NCBI GenBank assembly: GCA_963837175.1
Contig: CAWIMJ010000009.1
Location: 65,968-129,967, forward strand
Source: an uncultured Nitrososphaeraceae archaeon
Lineage (GTDB): Archaea; Thermoproteota; Nitrososphaeria; Nitrososphaerales; Nitrososphaeraceae
Direction: 5' to 3'
Length of the DNA stretch: 64,000 nt
Positions 11,463 to 21,813 of this stretch are shown here, in pieces. Below the pieces are notes generated by a model, which saw nothing but the letters and a program-made list of their open reading frames with translations, did not search any database and was not told the origin of the DNA. The position numbers were made by a program, and so were the translations under genes. The stretch's first letter is position 1. Every line of letters begins with the position of its first letter.

Positions 11463-11700
11463 TCTCATAATCATGCATGAATGGATAATATCTTTTTCTT
11501 ATCAATGCAAAGACTGTGATAGGATCAACAACATATGTTACTCTTCTGCTTCTCTTGCTATGGCCGCATGTTTTTGCCATAATGGACAAAAGCGTTTCTG
11601 TATCTGTGATAGTCATTAACTATATTACACCACCAATTCTGAGAATTCAAATATAATACCAAGTCTTTGATCATAATCAAATTTTTATATTTTTTTAGTT

Positions 11701-11961
11701 CTAAATGGATATTGATTCTACATTGATATTATTGCAGACAGGACATATTCTATTTATGCTACTGTCTATATAGATAGAGGAAGCACACCAAAAACATGAT
11801 TCGCATAGTAAGAAATATTTTTTTTTAATAATTCTTTTCTTTTCATAGTTCACTCGAGCCGTGTTAGAATCATATGATGATGCAGTGTTAGCAGTACCAT
11901 AAATGTGATTATCAATAGCTTTTCTATAATCAAGATGTATTTGCTGAAACAACATTATCAT
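11701..11961 (-). CDS. Small zinc-finger protein
   Basis: CESCFWCAS...CPVC. Confidence 0.7.
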   Translation of the reverse strand: MIMLFQQIHLDYRKAIDNHIYGTANTASSYDSNTARVNYEKKRIIKKKYFLLCESCFWCASSIYIDSSINRICPVCNNINVESISI

Positions 11962-12341
11962 TGACTAATTGCTATTTTGATTAATAAAGATGGATTAACT
12001 ATGTTAAGGATTGAATTAACTATAATACAAGATATCAATTGATAGAATCTTCTAGAGTTGTCAGAACTAGATCTCTGATAGGGCAACAGGGATTACATAC
12101 AAGTCCATTAATCTCTATTTGTAACCTTCTAAATTTTTGCTATACTACTATACTGCCTAACATAATTTCGTATATCTTTTAAAACCAAGTAAAAGGATTT
12201 TTTAAGCATAGTAAACCTTACATATTAAGAAAAATCTGTAAACGAACTTTGTTAGTTAGTATACTATTACTTCTCTGTTTGCGTGTGGTGGTATTCATAG
12301 TAGTATTAAGCGTATTTGTTTAATTTATTATATGTATATAT

Positions 12342-12893
12342 ATGCGCATGCGTACTATTTTCACTACGACGAAAACAGCAAAGCAGAAAAATAAGAATTT
12401 TAAGAGTAATAAGAAAAATATATTTTCTAAAGGAGTTATCATTGGAATTGTCATTGCAGCAGTAGTTATTTCAATAGTAGTTTATTTTGGAATAAATTCA
12501 CTTATTCCAGTAAATGGTAAGTCACCGATTTTCTCTCCGCCTCGAAATAACTTTATCAAGGCAGCATATTCGCCTCAGACAGGTTATACTTTTATAAGTC
12601 AATCTAGTGGTGCTGTAAAAGGTCTTCGCGGAAGTGGAGGAGGTGGCTCTGCTACTGACCCAACTTATACATTAAAGAAAGGTAGTGTAGAATCTATCCA
12701 CATGATAAATGAAGACTATCAGACTCATTCAAAGCATAACTTTAACATAGATGAATTCAATGTACATACAAAAGATTTGGGTTATTTTCAATCTCAAACA
12801 GTTACATTTATTGCAGATAAGGAAGGGACATTCAAATATTATTGTACGATACACCCTGAGATGAAAGGTACCATAGAAGTACAAGCAGATTAG
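12342..12893 (+). CDS. Membrane-anchored cupredoxin (type-1 copper)
   Basis: N-terminal TM helix; HNF...YYCTIHPEM. Confidence 0.88.
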   Translation: MRMRTIFTTTKTAKQKNKNFKSNKKNIFSKGVIIGIVIAAVVISIVVYFGINSLIPVNGKSPIFSPPRNNFIKAAYSPQTGYTFISQSSGAVKGLRGSGGGGSATDPTYTLKKGSVESIHMINEDYQTHSKHNFNIDEFNVHTKDLGYFQSQTVTFIADKEGTFKYYCTIHPEMKGTIEVQAD

Positions 12894-13109
12894 ATCTCTA
12901 TGTGTGTATGTATATGTATATGTAGTAGATATATATGACATATAATCATCAAAACAAAGAAAGGAAATATTTCTTCAAATATAATGATGACGATGATAAT
13001 AATAATAACAACTATTACTGCTGTTGTTATTGTAGTGGTAGTAGTAGTACTAGTAATAATATAAAAGAAGAATGTATAATATATTTTGTGTTAATATTAT
13101 TATTATCTT

Positions 13110-13535
13110 ATGGACTATGATGATAATGATAATAACAACAAAGAGAAATTGAATATGTCACGCAGTGATATCCTGAGTTTACTAGATGACTTCATAGAAC
13201 AAATGAATCAAATCAGAAGAACTCTTTTTGGTGTTTCTATCTCTGCTCTGCTTCTTTCACCTCTTGCAATAGTACTTTCGATATATCTTATAGTACATCC
13301 ATCATTCTTTGCTATCCTTGAAATAGAAAATGAGTTTGGACTTGTACTTAGTGTGTTGTTAAGCGCAGTTATTCTGATCTCTTCAATATGGCTTATAATA
13401 GGAATAAGACAATATCTTTCTCTAAGTTCTTGGAACAGTAGATATAAGGAGTATAATGAGCAAAAACAGAAAATAGATAAAATGATTGAAGCAAAATATG
13501 GTTTAGATAATAATTATAATAATGATAGTAATTAA
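13110..13535 (+). CDS. Two-TM membrane protein, hypothetical
   Basis: Two hydrophobic helices with charged termini. Confidence 0.75.
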   Translation: MDYDDNDNNNKEKLNMSRSDILSLLDDFIEQMNQIRRTLFGVSISALLLSPLAIVLSIYLIVHPSFFAILEIENEFGLVLSVLLSAVILISSIWLIIGIRQYLSLSSWNSRYKEYNEQKQKIDKMIEAKYGLDNNYNNDSN

Positions 13536-13785
13536 ATAATAATAATAATAATAATAATCTGCAGCAGAAAGATTTTAAGAATGACTCTGTTAGTTAGTTA
13601 GTTCATTAATAATTATTATATTATTATTATTATTATATTAAATGTTATTATTACTATTAGATTAGCATTATTATTATTATTATTATGTTCTTCTTGTTAT
13701 TAAGGTCGTCATCCTCATCCTCATCCTCAAATGTCCTCAATCATTATCCTCATCAATTCTAACTACCATCAATCATCATCTTCCT
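13535..13785. repeat. Low-complexity TAA/TTA/TCA/TCC trinucleotide tracts between convergent genes
   Basis: Seen directly. Confidence 0.8.
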
Positions 13786-13786
13786 C

Positions 13787-14098
13787 CTAATCCTCATCCT
13801 CAGTAGTCTTTCTTCTAGGGAACATTTTCTCATATGGCTCTAAAATACTTCTACAAAATTCTACTCCTGTCTCTGTAGGCTTATAGATTGTAACTATTCT
13901 CTTTCCAAATTGCGTTTCATCTTTACATATTAGCTTATTTGACTCCAAGTCATCAAGAATTGGTTTGTGTTTTTTTAGATTCAAGCCACAAAAGCTTACT
14001 AATGCTGTCTGATTTAATTCACCATATTCTAAAAGTTTTAGAATTATATCTTTAACAATATATATTCTATCTCTATATGAACTATTGGAGCCAGATAT
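13787..14098 (-). CDS. Winged-helix regulator; the frame is open 38 codons upstream of the called TTG, back to an ATA
   Basis: The extension reads SGSNSSYRDRIYIVKDIILKLLEYGELNQTALVSFCGL and completes the wHTH; TATA-like ATATATAA about 25-32 bp upstream of 14098. Confidence 0.75.
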   Translation of the reverse strand: MSGSNSSYRDRIYIVKDIILKLLEYGELNQTALVSFCGLNLKKHKPILDDLESNKLICKDETQFGKRIVTIYKPTETGVEFCRSILEPYEKMFPRRKTTEDED

Positions 14099-14348
14099 TC
14101 GGTGTGACTTGTAGACTTTTACTTATATATGGTACAATATAATCTCTAATTACAAGTGATTTAATCATGTTATGCAATATTGTATTCCCGAGCAGATACC
14201 AAAGTTACCCATTCCTTATTTAGTTGAATTAATAGTGTTTAGTACCTGATACTGATCTTGCTTAACATAGTTAAGATACCTATTAATTAACCCCAATTTC
14301 TATCAAAGGCGGTGTTCAGGTAAAATAACAATTTTTGATTCGTTAATA

Positions 14349-14927
14349 ATGCAGATAGCAGGCTTAACTCCACATTATACCACTCATTCCATTTTTCCAA
14401 ATCTCTTTATAGCTATGATTGTGGCTTCATTGATCGCAATAGGATTAAACTTTGTCTTTACCTTGTTAAGAAAAAAGACTACTGACATTGAAAAGATGAA
14501 TAAGGTCATGAAAGAGACCAATGAATGGCGAAAGCAATACACCGATGCAATAAAAAAACGTGATAAAGCACGCATTGAAGAACTAAAAAAGAAACAAGCT
14601 TATGTGAACAAAATGAGCATGGAAATGCAGCAGCAGCAAATGCGTCCAATGTTAATCTATATGGCACCCTCCTTCATGTTATGGATTTTTGTCTTTCCAG
14701 CAATCTTTGGTCAAATAGTTGCTCTTTCACCTATAGAAATTCCATGGATAATGTGTACGGGCGAAAGTGTCCACAAAGATAATCAAATTGACAATAATGG
14801 CAATCATAAAGGACCGTGTACAGTTCCTGGGCAAGTCTATCTATGGGGATGGTTCCTTATTACTAATTTTGCATTTAGCGGAATAGTATCTAAAATCACA
14901 AAAACTTCTATGCCAAGCATAACCTAA
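14349..14927 (+). CDS. DUF106/EMC3-TMCO1 (Oxa1 superfamily) membrane insertase
   Basis: TM1, coiled coil, MRPMLI, and C-terminal WGWF TM architecture. Confidence 0.85.
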   Translation: MQIAGLTPHYTTHSIFPNLFIAMIVASLIAIGLNFVFTLLRKKTTDIEKMNKVMKETNEWRKQYTDAIKKRDKARIEELKKKQAYVNKMSMEMQQQQMRPMLIYMAPSFMLWIFVFPAIFGQIVALSPIEIPWIMCTGESVHKDNQIDNNGNHKGPCTVPGQVYLWGWFLITNFAFSGIVSKITKTSMPSIT

Positions 14928-15323
14928 AATATGGTATTAGATCTGATAAAACTAGATAGAGATAGCTACAAATAAAGAAAATGTAGTTTAATAATAAGAA
15001 TTAGAATTTTAAAGCTACGTATCTTAAATTTTTATAGGTATTCTAGTAATATAAAAAATTGTGCTGGTATAGAAAAGATGTATTATACTATAATCTAACC
15101 AGTATTTGGATGTTGGCTTGAAATATCTCCCCTATTTATGTTCTAAAATCTGAAAAACTATATATAAATATTAATTATATAATATTAGATTATTTAATTT
15201 GATATTTAGATTATTTAATATTCAGAGAAAATTATTGCAGATCTCGAATGTCTTCGTAAATATTGGAGTGAGTCCTCAAAAAGACTCGAAAAAAATAAAA
15301 TCTTCCAACATCAAATTAAGATA

Positions 15324-16352
15324 ATGGGATTAGATCTAAAACCAGTTGTTACTTCCTCTGATATTACTATATCGGAATTATCCAATAAAGTTGTGGCAGT
15401 TGATGCATATAATGCAATATATCAATTTCTTGCAACTATTCGTGGACCAACAGGTGATTTACTTACAAATAATAAAGGTGACATAACAAGCCACTTAAGT
15501 GGTTTGTTTTATCGCAATATCAATTTACTGGCAGAAAATATTAAGCTCATTTATATTTTTGATGGCAAGCCTCATCCCCTCAAGTCAAAGGAGATTGAAC
15601 GAAGGCATCAAATAAAACAAGAGGCATCTAAAAGATATGAAGAAGCAATAGCGGAAGGAAGACTTGAAGATGCCCGAAAATACAGCCAAGCCACTTCTGT
15701 TTTGACATCCCAGATGGTAGAAGAATCAAAAAAGATCATGACTCTGCTTGGAATTCCTTATATTCAGGCTCCATCTGAAGGAGAGGCGGCGGCTGCCTAT
15801 CTCACAAAAATCGGAATAGCTTTTACCTCTGCAAGCCAAGACTATGATTCAATATTATTTGGTGCCAAAAAACTGACACGTAATCTTACAGTCAGCGGGA
15901 GGAGAAAAATTCCTAACAGGAACCTATACGTTGATATTGAGCCAGAGATTTTTGATCATGAACAGATTCTTAATGAAACTCAGCTGACACATGAGCAATT
16001 GGTAGATGTTGGAATTTTGATAGGTACCGATTTTAATCCGGCAGGCTTCACAGGCATTGGACCCAAAACTGCTTTAAAACTAATTAGAGAGTTTGGAAAA
16101 TTAGAAAATATTGAAAAAATTAAAAATTCTTTATCGTCTATTCCGTATCAAGAAATTCGAGATATTTTTTTAAAACCAGAAGTATTGGATGTTGACAATA
16201 TTCAGTTTAATGTGGTAAATTACAAGGATATAGTAGATTTCCTGTGCATAGAAAAAAGCTTTTCTACAGATCGTGTAAACACAGCTTTAGAAAAACTAAA
16301 AAAATCAATTACAAATCGTAGCCAGTCTCTAGAAAAGTGGTTTGGTAGTTAG
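15324..16352 (+). CDS. fen: Flap endonuclease 1
   Basis: DAYNAIYQF, APSEGEA, SQDYDS, GTDFN, C-terminal PIP box QSLEKWF. Confidence 0.97.
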   Translation: MGLDLKPVVTSSDITISELSNKVVAVDAYNAIYQFLATIRGPTGDLLTNNKGDITSHLSGLFYRNINLLAENIKLIYIFDGKPHPLKSKEIERRHQIKQEASKRYEEAIAEGRLEDARKYSQATSVLTSQMVEESKKIMTLLGIPYIQAPSEGEAAAAYLTKIGIAFTSASQDYDSILFGAKKLTRNLTVSGRRKIPNRNLYVDIEPEIFDHEQILNETQLTHEQLVDVGILIGTDFNPAGFTGIGPKTALKLIREFGKLENIEKIKNSLSSIPYQEIRDIFLKPEVLDVDNIQFNVVNYKDIVDFLCIEKSFSTDRVNTALEKLKKSITNRSQSLEKWFGS

Positions 16353-16811
16353 TTAACTAATTGGAGAGATAATATAATCTTAACTTCATATTTAGATTAT
16401 TTAATAATAAAATTATGTCCAAAAAACGGGGATCAGTCATCATCCTCATTGAAGGCGAGCCAATATTTCTATGATTGGAACTCATTATATGCTAGAGAAA
16501 TCCCAGCATTATAAACAGGTGTATCCAGTTCGCTTGAGATATATATAGATATTCGTGTCGTTTTATCTATTAATAAGTAAATTTGAGAGAAACTAATCAT
16601 CTGGTAATATCTACATGAAAAATGCATAGAAAATTCAGCACTAAATCAGATAAATTACAAGAAAATAGAGCAATATCGCATTGGAATCATCAGAGACTAC
16701 CTCCGTGACTGGTGTCTGTCTGTTTCTCTTACGCTACTCCTTTAATTACTCTGATAATCTTCAACAAGAAAATAAAAAGGAATATTTATCATAGCAAAGA
16801 ATGTTGTAATG

Positions 16812-17249
16812 CTATTTTCCGCCTAAAAGACCTCCTATTATAGGAACCTTGCTTAATGGATTTCCTGTATTATTTCCACCTGTTGCATTACTACCACCAG
16901 TAGTTGTGTTATCATTAGATGATTTTCCGCCTAAAAGGCCTCCTATTATAGGAACCTTGCTTAATGGATTTCCTGTATTATTTCCACCTGTTGCATTACT
17001 ACCACCAGTAGTTGTGTTATCATTAGAAGATTTTCCGCCTAAAAGGCCTCCTATTATAGGAACCTTGCTTAATGGATTTCCTGTATTATTTCCACCTGTT
17101 GCATTACTACCACCAGTAGTTGTGTTATCATTAGTTGAATTTGTATCTGAAGTTGTTTGCGCAACTGCTGGAACTAAAATACCACTGGATCCTAGAATAA
17201 GCCCTGAAGCCAAGACTAATATTGCTGTTATATGTATTAGTTTTTTCAT
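16812..17249 (-). CDS. Secreted protein with three 36-aa repeats
   Basis: Signal peptide ending AVA/Q; repeat NDNTTTGGSNATGGNNTGNPLSKVPIIGGLLGGK(SS). Confidence 0.85.
   Translation of the reverse strand: MKKLIHITAILVLASGLILGSSGILVPAVAQTTSDTNSTNDNTTTGGSNATGGNNTGNPLSKVPIIGGLLGGKSSNDNTTTGGSNATGGNNTGNPLSKVPIIGGLLGGKSSNDNTTTGGSNATGGNNTGNPLSKVPIIGGLLGGK
16815..17133. repeat. Near-perfect tandem repeat, 108-bp unit x about 3
   Basis: TTTTCCGCCTAAAAG recurs at 16815, 16923 and 17031. Confidence 0.95.
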
Positions 17250-17937
17250 CGCAAATAAAATGCCATATTAAACTATAACACTTTCATATTTATAATATAA
17301 ATTTAGAATATAGATTATTGATATATAAGAATATTATGATACATAAGAGTTTTAATCAATACTATTATTTTACTACTATACTTCTTATCATTAACTTGAC
17401 AATCCCTTTCCTCAAAATCTCCCCTCCCTGAGTCATTACCGCTTCATTTAGACATCAAAATAACTGACTATATTAATAACAATATATATAATAAAATATC
17501 TTATAATTGGGAATTTTTGTATATATGAATACTGATATATGAACACTGATTAATGCTCATTTTTTGAGATGAGCGAATATTATTATCCTTACAAATACAG
17601 CTGTCTTCTGATATTTTATTCATTATCTGGAAGTTTATGATTTATGACTATCCTGAAATTCACGCATAATTATTGCATCCATCTTTGTTATCGTCTGTGT
17701 TATATTCTTCATCGAAATTGTTGTGTTGTTGAGTCGTTGCTCTATGTTGTCTGCCTATCTCTTTGCGTATGGGCTTCTTATGAGCTATGAATCGTTATAG
17801 TGAATCATAGTATCAAGGTATCTATAGTCCTTCTATAGTCCTTCTGCATTTTCTGATCCTTTTTTTAATAATTGTTATTTCCATTATAAAGTGTACAAGA
17901 GTATGGATGATCTAAAAGTCAAATTATTGCAACATCA

Positions 17938-18198
17938 TTAAGGCTTATACAAATCATCAAATTTACTACTTCTTTTCTTCATTGGTCTAATATAAACAAA
18001 ATATCTCAATATGAATGCAAATGCTATCGCTGCTATTCCACCAATTATGAACCTCCATCCTATTATGGCAAATCCTTCACCTTCTTCTTTAAGCTGAATA
18101 ATTTGCGAAATCCAAAGACATACCCCGCCAAATACTAGGACTATTATCCCAGCAGATAATATTGGCTTAAAAACTGTATTTCTTTCTCTCATTGGCAT
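17938..18198 (-). CDS. Small two-TM membrane protein
   Basis: Two hydrophobic helices and a basic tail. Confidence 0.7.
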   Translation of the reverse strand: MPMRERNTVFKPILSAGIIVLVFGGVCLWISQIIQLKEEGEGFAIIGWRFIIGGIAAIAFAFILRYFVYIRPMKKRSSKFDDLYKP

Positions 18199-18652
18199 TG
18201 TAATGCATCTATTTGTCTACTAGTTAATAGAAATAAAACCTTTCATTTAATCAAATAGTGTGAAGGTATAATTTTATTATAATTATTCGTTGGTGTCGTA
18301 TGGGTTGCTCTTTGTATCTTAGATTCTGCTCTATTTGCGTCTTTTCATTGTAGCAACCATCTCTTTATTCTTCTCTATCTACCTTTTCTATAGCCGTAAT
18401 CAAAATACATATATGATAATTCTTAAAAATTTTAATAGCTCAAATGTATTTAATTTATAATATTATCTTCATAAAATAATATAACTATACGTATGTATGT
18501 AGTATTAAAAATTAAAGTTATACTAAAATCGCTTATTTGAAAATAGATTTATGTCATATCTGATTCACAATCTCTGCCAAATTTTCTTTCCTTCCATATT
18601 TAAAAATAAATACTAATAAATTTTAATAACATTAGCAAGTTAAAACTATCTT

Positions 18653-19183
18653 ATGACTATGTTATTAGAAAAGACTATTAAAAAGATAGTGTATATTCAG
18701 GAATTTGATAAATACGACAACAACGGTAAATTATTATGCAGAAACATCAGTTGTAATAAATATCCACAACCACCATATAAAAAATATTGTTCTAGAAAAT
18801 GCAATAAAGAGTTTAGACATTGGTATTATCACAATTTCTTTTGGGAGCGTATTAGATCTGACATATTCAAACGTGATAACTATACATGTCAGATTTGCGA
18901 AAGAAAGTTTGCTTATTTTTATAGAAGGAAATTTGCCAGGTCTAAAAATTTAGAATGCGACCATATTATACCTAGGTCACTATATGAACAATTAGGATAT
19001 AAATACGATACACTTGAAAACAAAATTAAAACTACATTAGAATTCTTTCACAATCATAATAATCTCAGAACGTTATGCCAAGATTGTCATAAAGAAGTAA
19101 CTTCAAAATATCTTCGTAATAAATGCCAAGTAAAAAAGAAGCAGATCTTAAAAAAGAACGAAAAGGAGAAGATGATAATATAG
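18653..19183 (+). CDS. HNH endonuclease with N-terminal zinc finger
   Basis: RDNYTCQIC, DHIIPRS, NLRTLCQDCH; N-terminal CRNISC..YCSRKC. Confidence 0.9.
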   Translation: MTMLLEKTIKKIVYIQEFDKYDNNGKLLCRNISCNKYPQPPYKKYCSRKCNKEFRHWYYHNFFWERIRSDIFKRDNYTCQICERKFAYFYRRKFARSKNLECDHIIPRSLYEQLGYKYDTLENKIKTTLEFFHNHNNLRTLCQDCHKEVTSKYLRNKCQVKKKQILKKNEKEKMII

Positions 19184-19383
19184 TCAATAAATTAGAATTG
19201 TCTGATATAATATTTCCAGAATAAGCAATACTATCAATATTTGAAAATATCTTATCATAAACTAAAAAGTCTCCATAATAAGTGTCATTCCTACACAGCT
19301 AACAGCTAGTAAATGTATTAATACTTATAATATAGTGATAATCTTCATAGGACAGATATAGTGATAATAATAAATCTAAGGTA

Positions 19384-19670
19384 ATGAACTATGCAACATT
19401 AAAAATATTTGTAGTCTTTGCCGCAGGTGCGTTGTCTGTGGAGCAGCCACTTTGGAACATACACAGCAAGCAATAGCCACAAGCAAATCACAGAGTTCTT
19501 CCATAACATGCATAAACGATGAATGTCATGTAGAGTGCCTAAATGGTGAATGTCATGTCTACTCCTCATCAGATTCGCAGTCTACTCGTGATAATATGAG
19601 AGTGGATACAGGAGATATGATGGAAATAATTAAGGAAAAACTCGCAGATAACGATGAATTACATCATTAG
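19384..19670 (+). pseudogene. Small secreted Cys-containing protein with a frameshift in its signal peptide (real or sequencing error)
   Basis: ATG 19384 MNYATLKIFVVFAAGALSV shifts near 19440 into GAATLEHTQQAIA..CINDECHVECLNGECHV. Confidence 0.65.
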
Positions 19671-20271
19671 ATAAGTCTATTCAACTAACTATAAAATTGA
19701 ATCGACGATAGCTTAGCAATTTGTTTTTTTCTTTCTAAATTCTGTATTATGAAAAGCAAATTGATTACTAATTAATCTGTATCTATTAGTAAATAAAAAT
19801 ATATGGGTCAAACAGAGTCATTGCCACCTCCATAAATGACAGTTAAATACAATTCGAAACATTCAAAACCAAAATTAATTCCAAAAAATAAGAACACGTC
19901 TTAAGATTAACTTATATTTTGACAGGTAGGTAGTAAAATAGTATAGTGAGTGTATGTATACTATGTATACTATTAATTGAGTTAGCTTTGTAAATAATGA
20001 CTAATAATTTTTTATATTTAACAATTCGTGAGTGTTAATCTAACGTATTTTACCTAATAATACGCCATATAATAACTATGATATAGATCAATAATCTTGT
20101 GTCATATTGATAAAGAAAAAAGACATTTGATTCTACATTGCATTAATCTTTTTAACTAATATTTTTCAATTGAATTTATTTAAAAATGCATCGATTCATG
20201 GTTGTTGAATAAAACCTTCATTAATATCAAAAATGTAACTTTACCATTATATATTCGATAAAATAAAAAGC

Positions 20272-20307
20272 TGACTCCACTAGAATTAAAAATCTAGGTG
20301 GCAGTCA
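20272..20307. terminator. Imperfect inverted repeat downstream of the 20360 gene
   Basis: TGACTCCACTAGA...TCTAGGTGGCAGTCA. Confidence 0.35.
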
Positions 20308-20359
20308 AATTCTAATATATTCTTACTTAATCAGATTCTCTTGTGTAGCTTGTCCATCT

Positions 20360-20612
20360 TTAAAATGGCAATTTAAAGGGATCATTGAGAGGCGGTATTA
20401 TGCAGGTTTCAGCTTGACAATATATATTTATGCAAGTAGCATCACCACTACACCTGTTTATCTGCTCTATGCCTTTATCGTTTTTTGTATGTCCTCCTCC
20501 ATCTCCTTCTGCTCTTGACTCCTGCAACGGTATTGCTAAAGATGCCATCGACAGCACTAGAGCTCGCTAACACAGTGAGTGTCTTTAAGTTTGTATGCTT
20601 TATAGCTTTCAT
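20360..20612 (-). pseudogene. Small secreted 4-Cys protein with a frameshift in its signal peptide
   Basis: ATG 20612 MKAIKHTNLKTLTVLA shifts near 20564 into ALVLSMASLAIPLQESRA/EGDG..CSGDATCINIYCQAETC. Confidence 0.65.
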
Positions 20613-21215
20613 TTAATATTGGTTATTGTTATAAATATATTTGGATTGAGGAAATTATTGCTATATCTAAAAGATTAACTTATTTTAGTGTCATATAATA
20701 GTAATAAAATGATTACTAATAATTAGTAACGTAATAATGAAGTAGATTTAATGAGAATTATTAAAACTAATAATTGACTATGTTATTACAGTAATGTTAC
20801 CATATATATTGTAGAAAGCGAATCATAGAAGAAAGACATCAGAGAATTCAGAGTATTGGAAAAAATTATCCAATAAATAAAGTAATTGTTAAAAATTATA
20901 TACTTTAATAAATTACCATAAGACATACATAACAAGAAATAAAAATAGCTAACTGAAAATCAAAATATTTTTTAATAAAATCCCAAAAGGAGAGATCTAT
21001 TAAAGAGTAGACAAAAAATCATCAATTTGTCATATTTAATCTTCACCTACTAATTTAGAAAGCATTTGATATTTAGTTTATTAACTGAATAATTTATTAT
21101 ATATACTAGAGCAGGTACAAATTATAAGAATGTAAAAATACTAAAATATATATAATGACTATGTTATCAATTTATAAGTCATATCCACATGGAAATATGA
21201 CAGAATAAGCCATTT

Positions 21216-21494
21216 ATGAGTATAAAATATCAAGAAAGCAAAATAACATTGATTGTAACTGCAGTTTCGACCATACTTGTGGTGTCGTTATTTAGCGTTG
21301 GCAGCCAATTAACAAACAATGCATTAGCGCAATCTAACACAAATCAAAGTGATGTTGCAGTGATTGAAAATCAGCAGCATGATACTGATATGTTTAATCA
21401 TACAGAGAAAGAGAATAAAACAAAAACTCCAATAACAGAAATTAATAACACTGAAATTGGAATAGCAACTCCAACTGCAGACTCACTAAAATAA
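21216..21494 (+). CDS. Small secreted hypothetical protein
   Basis: Signal peptide ending ALA/Q. Confidence 0.7.
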   Translation: MSIKYQESKITLIVTAVSTILVVSLFSVGSQLTNNALAQSNTNQSDVAVIENQQHDTDMFNHTEKENKTKTPITEINNTEIGIATPTADSLK

Positions 21495-21528
21495 AATAAG
21501 ATGGGACTAATGTCATTGTTGGCTTTGA

Positions 21529-21813
21529 TTATTTATGAAAAGTAGCACCAAGCACTAACAGCGAAAACCCAACCACACCAATAATAATAAACACCATTTC
21601 AGCATATAACGGAGATATTACCCCAAAAATATTGTTTGGGCGTTGAGTTGTCGGATTTAGCTGTTGTTGAGCTGCCTCGTTTATTACAATAGAACCGAAA
21701 GAGATAGCACCAATAAATCCAATTGCTAACATAATGGCACCGCTGATTATCAAGAGTCTCTTTTTCATAGTAAATGCAGCCAATCCAGCACCAACTGTGG
21801 CCTCTTTTTTCAT
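21529..21813 (-). CDS. Small two-TM membrane protein
   Basis: Hydrophobicity pattern. Confidence 0.65.
   Translation of the reverse strand: MKKEATVGAGLAAFTMKKRLLIISGAIMLAIGFIGAISFGSIVINEAAQQQLNPTTQRPNNIFGVISPLYAEMVFIIIGVVGFSLLVLGATFHK

Noticed and set aside
12935-13120. 61-aa D/N/C/S-run ORF
   Set aside because: Product of trinucleotide microsatellites
16815-17133. 108-bp repeats as a CRISPR array
   Set aside because: No unique spacers; the unit is a multiple of 3 and encodes a coherent protein
16849-17271. Plus-strand 140-aa ORF
   Set aside because: Antisense shadow of the repeat protein, which has the signal peptide
17720-18350. Weak similarity between about 17730 and 18300 as element ends
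   Set aside because: Too degenerate to separate from compositional bias
18653-19183. HNH as an RNA-guided (IscB/HEARO-like) nuclease
   Set aside because: No RuvC or PLMP motifs, and the flanks are AT-rich with no evident structured RNA
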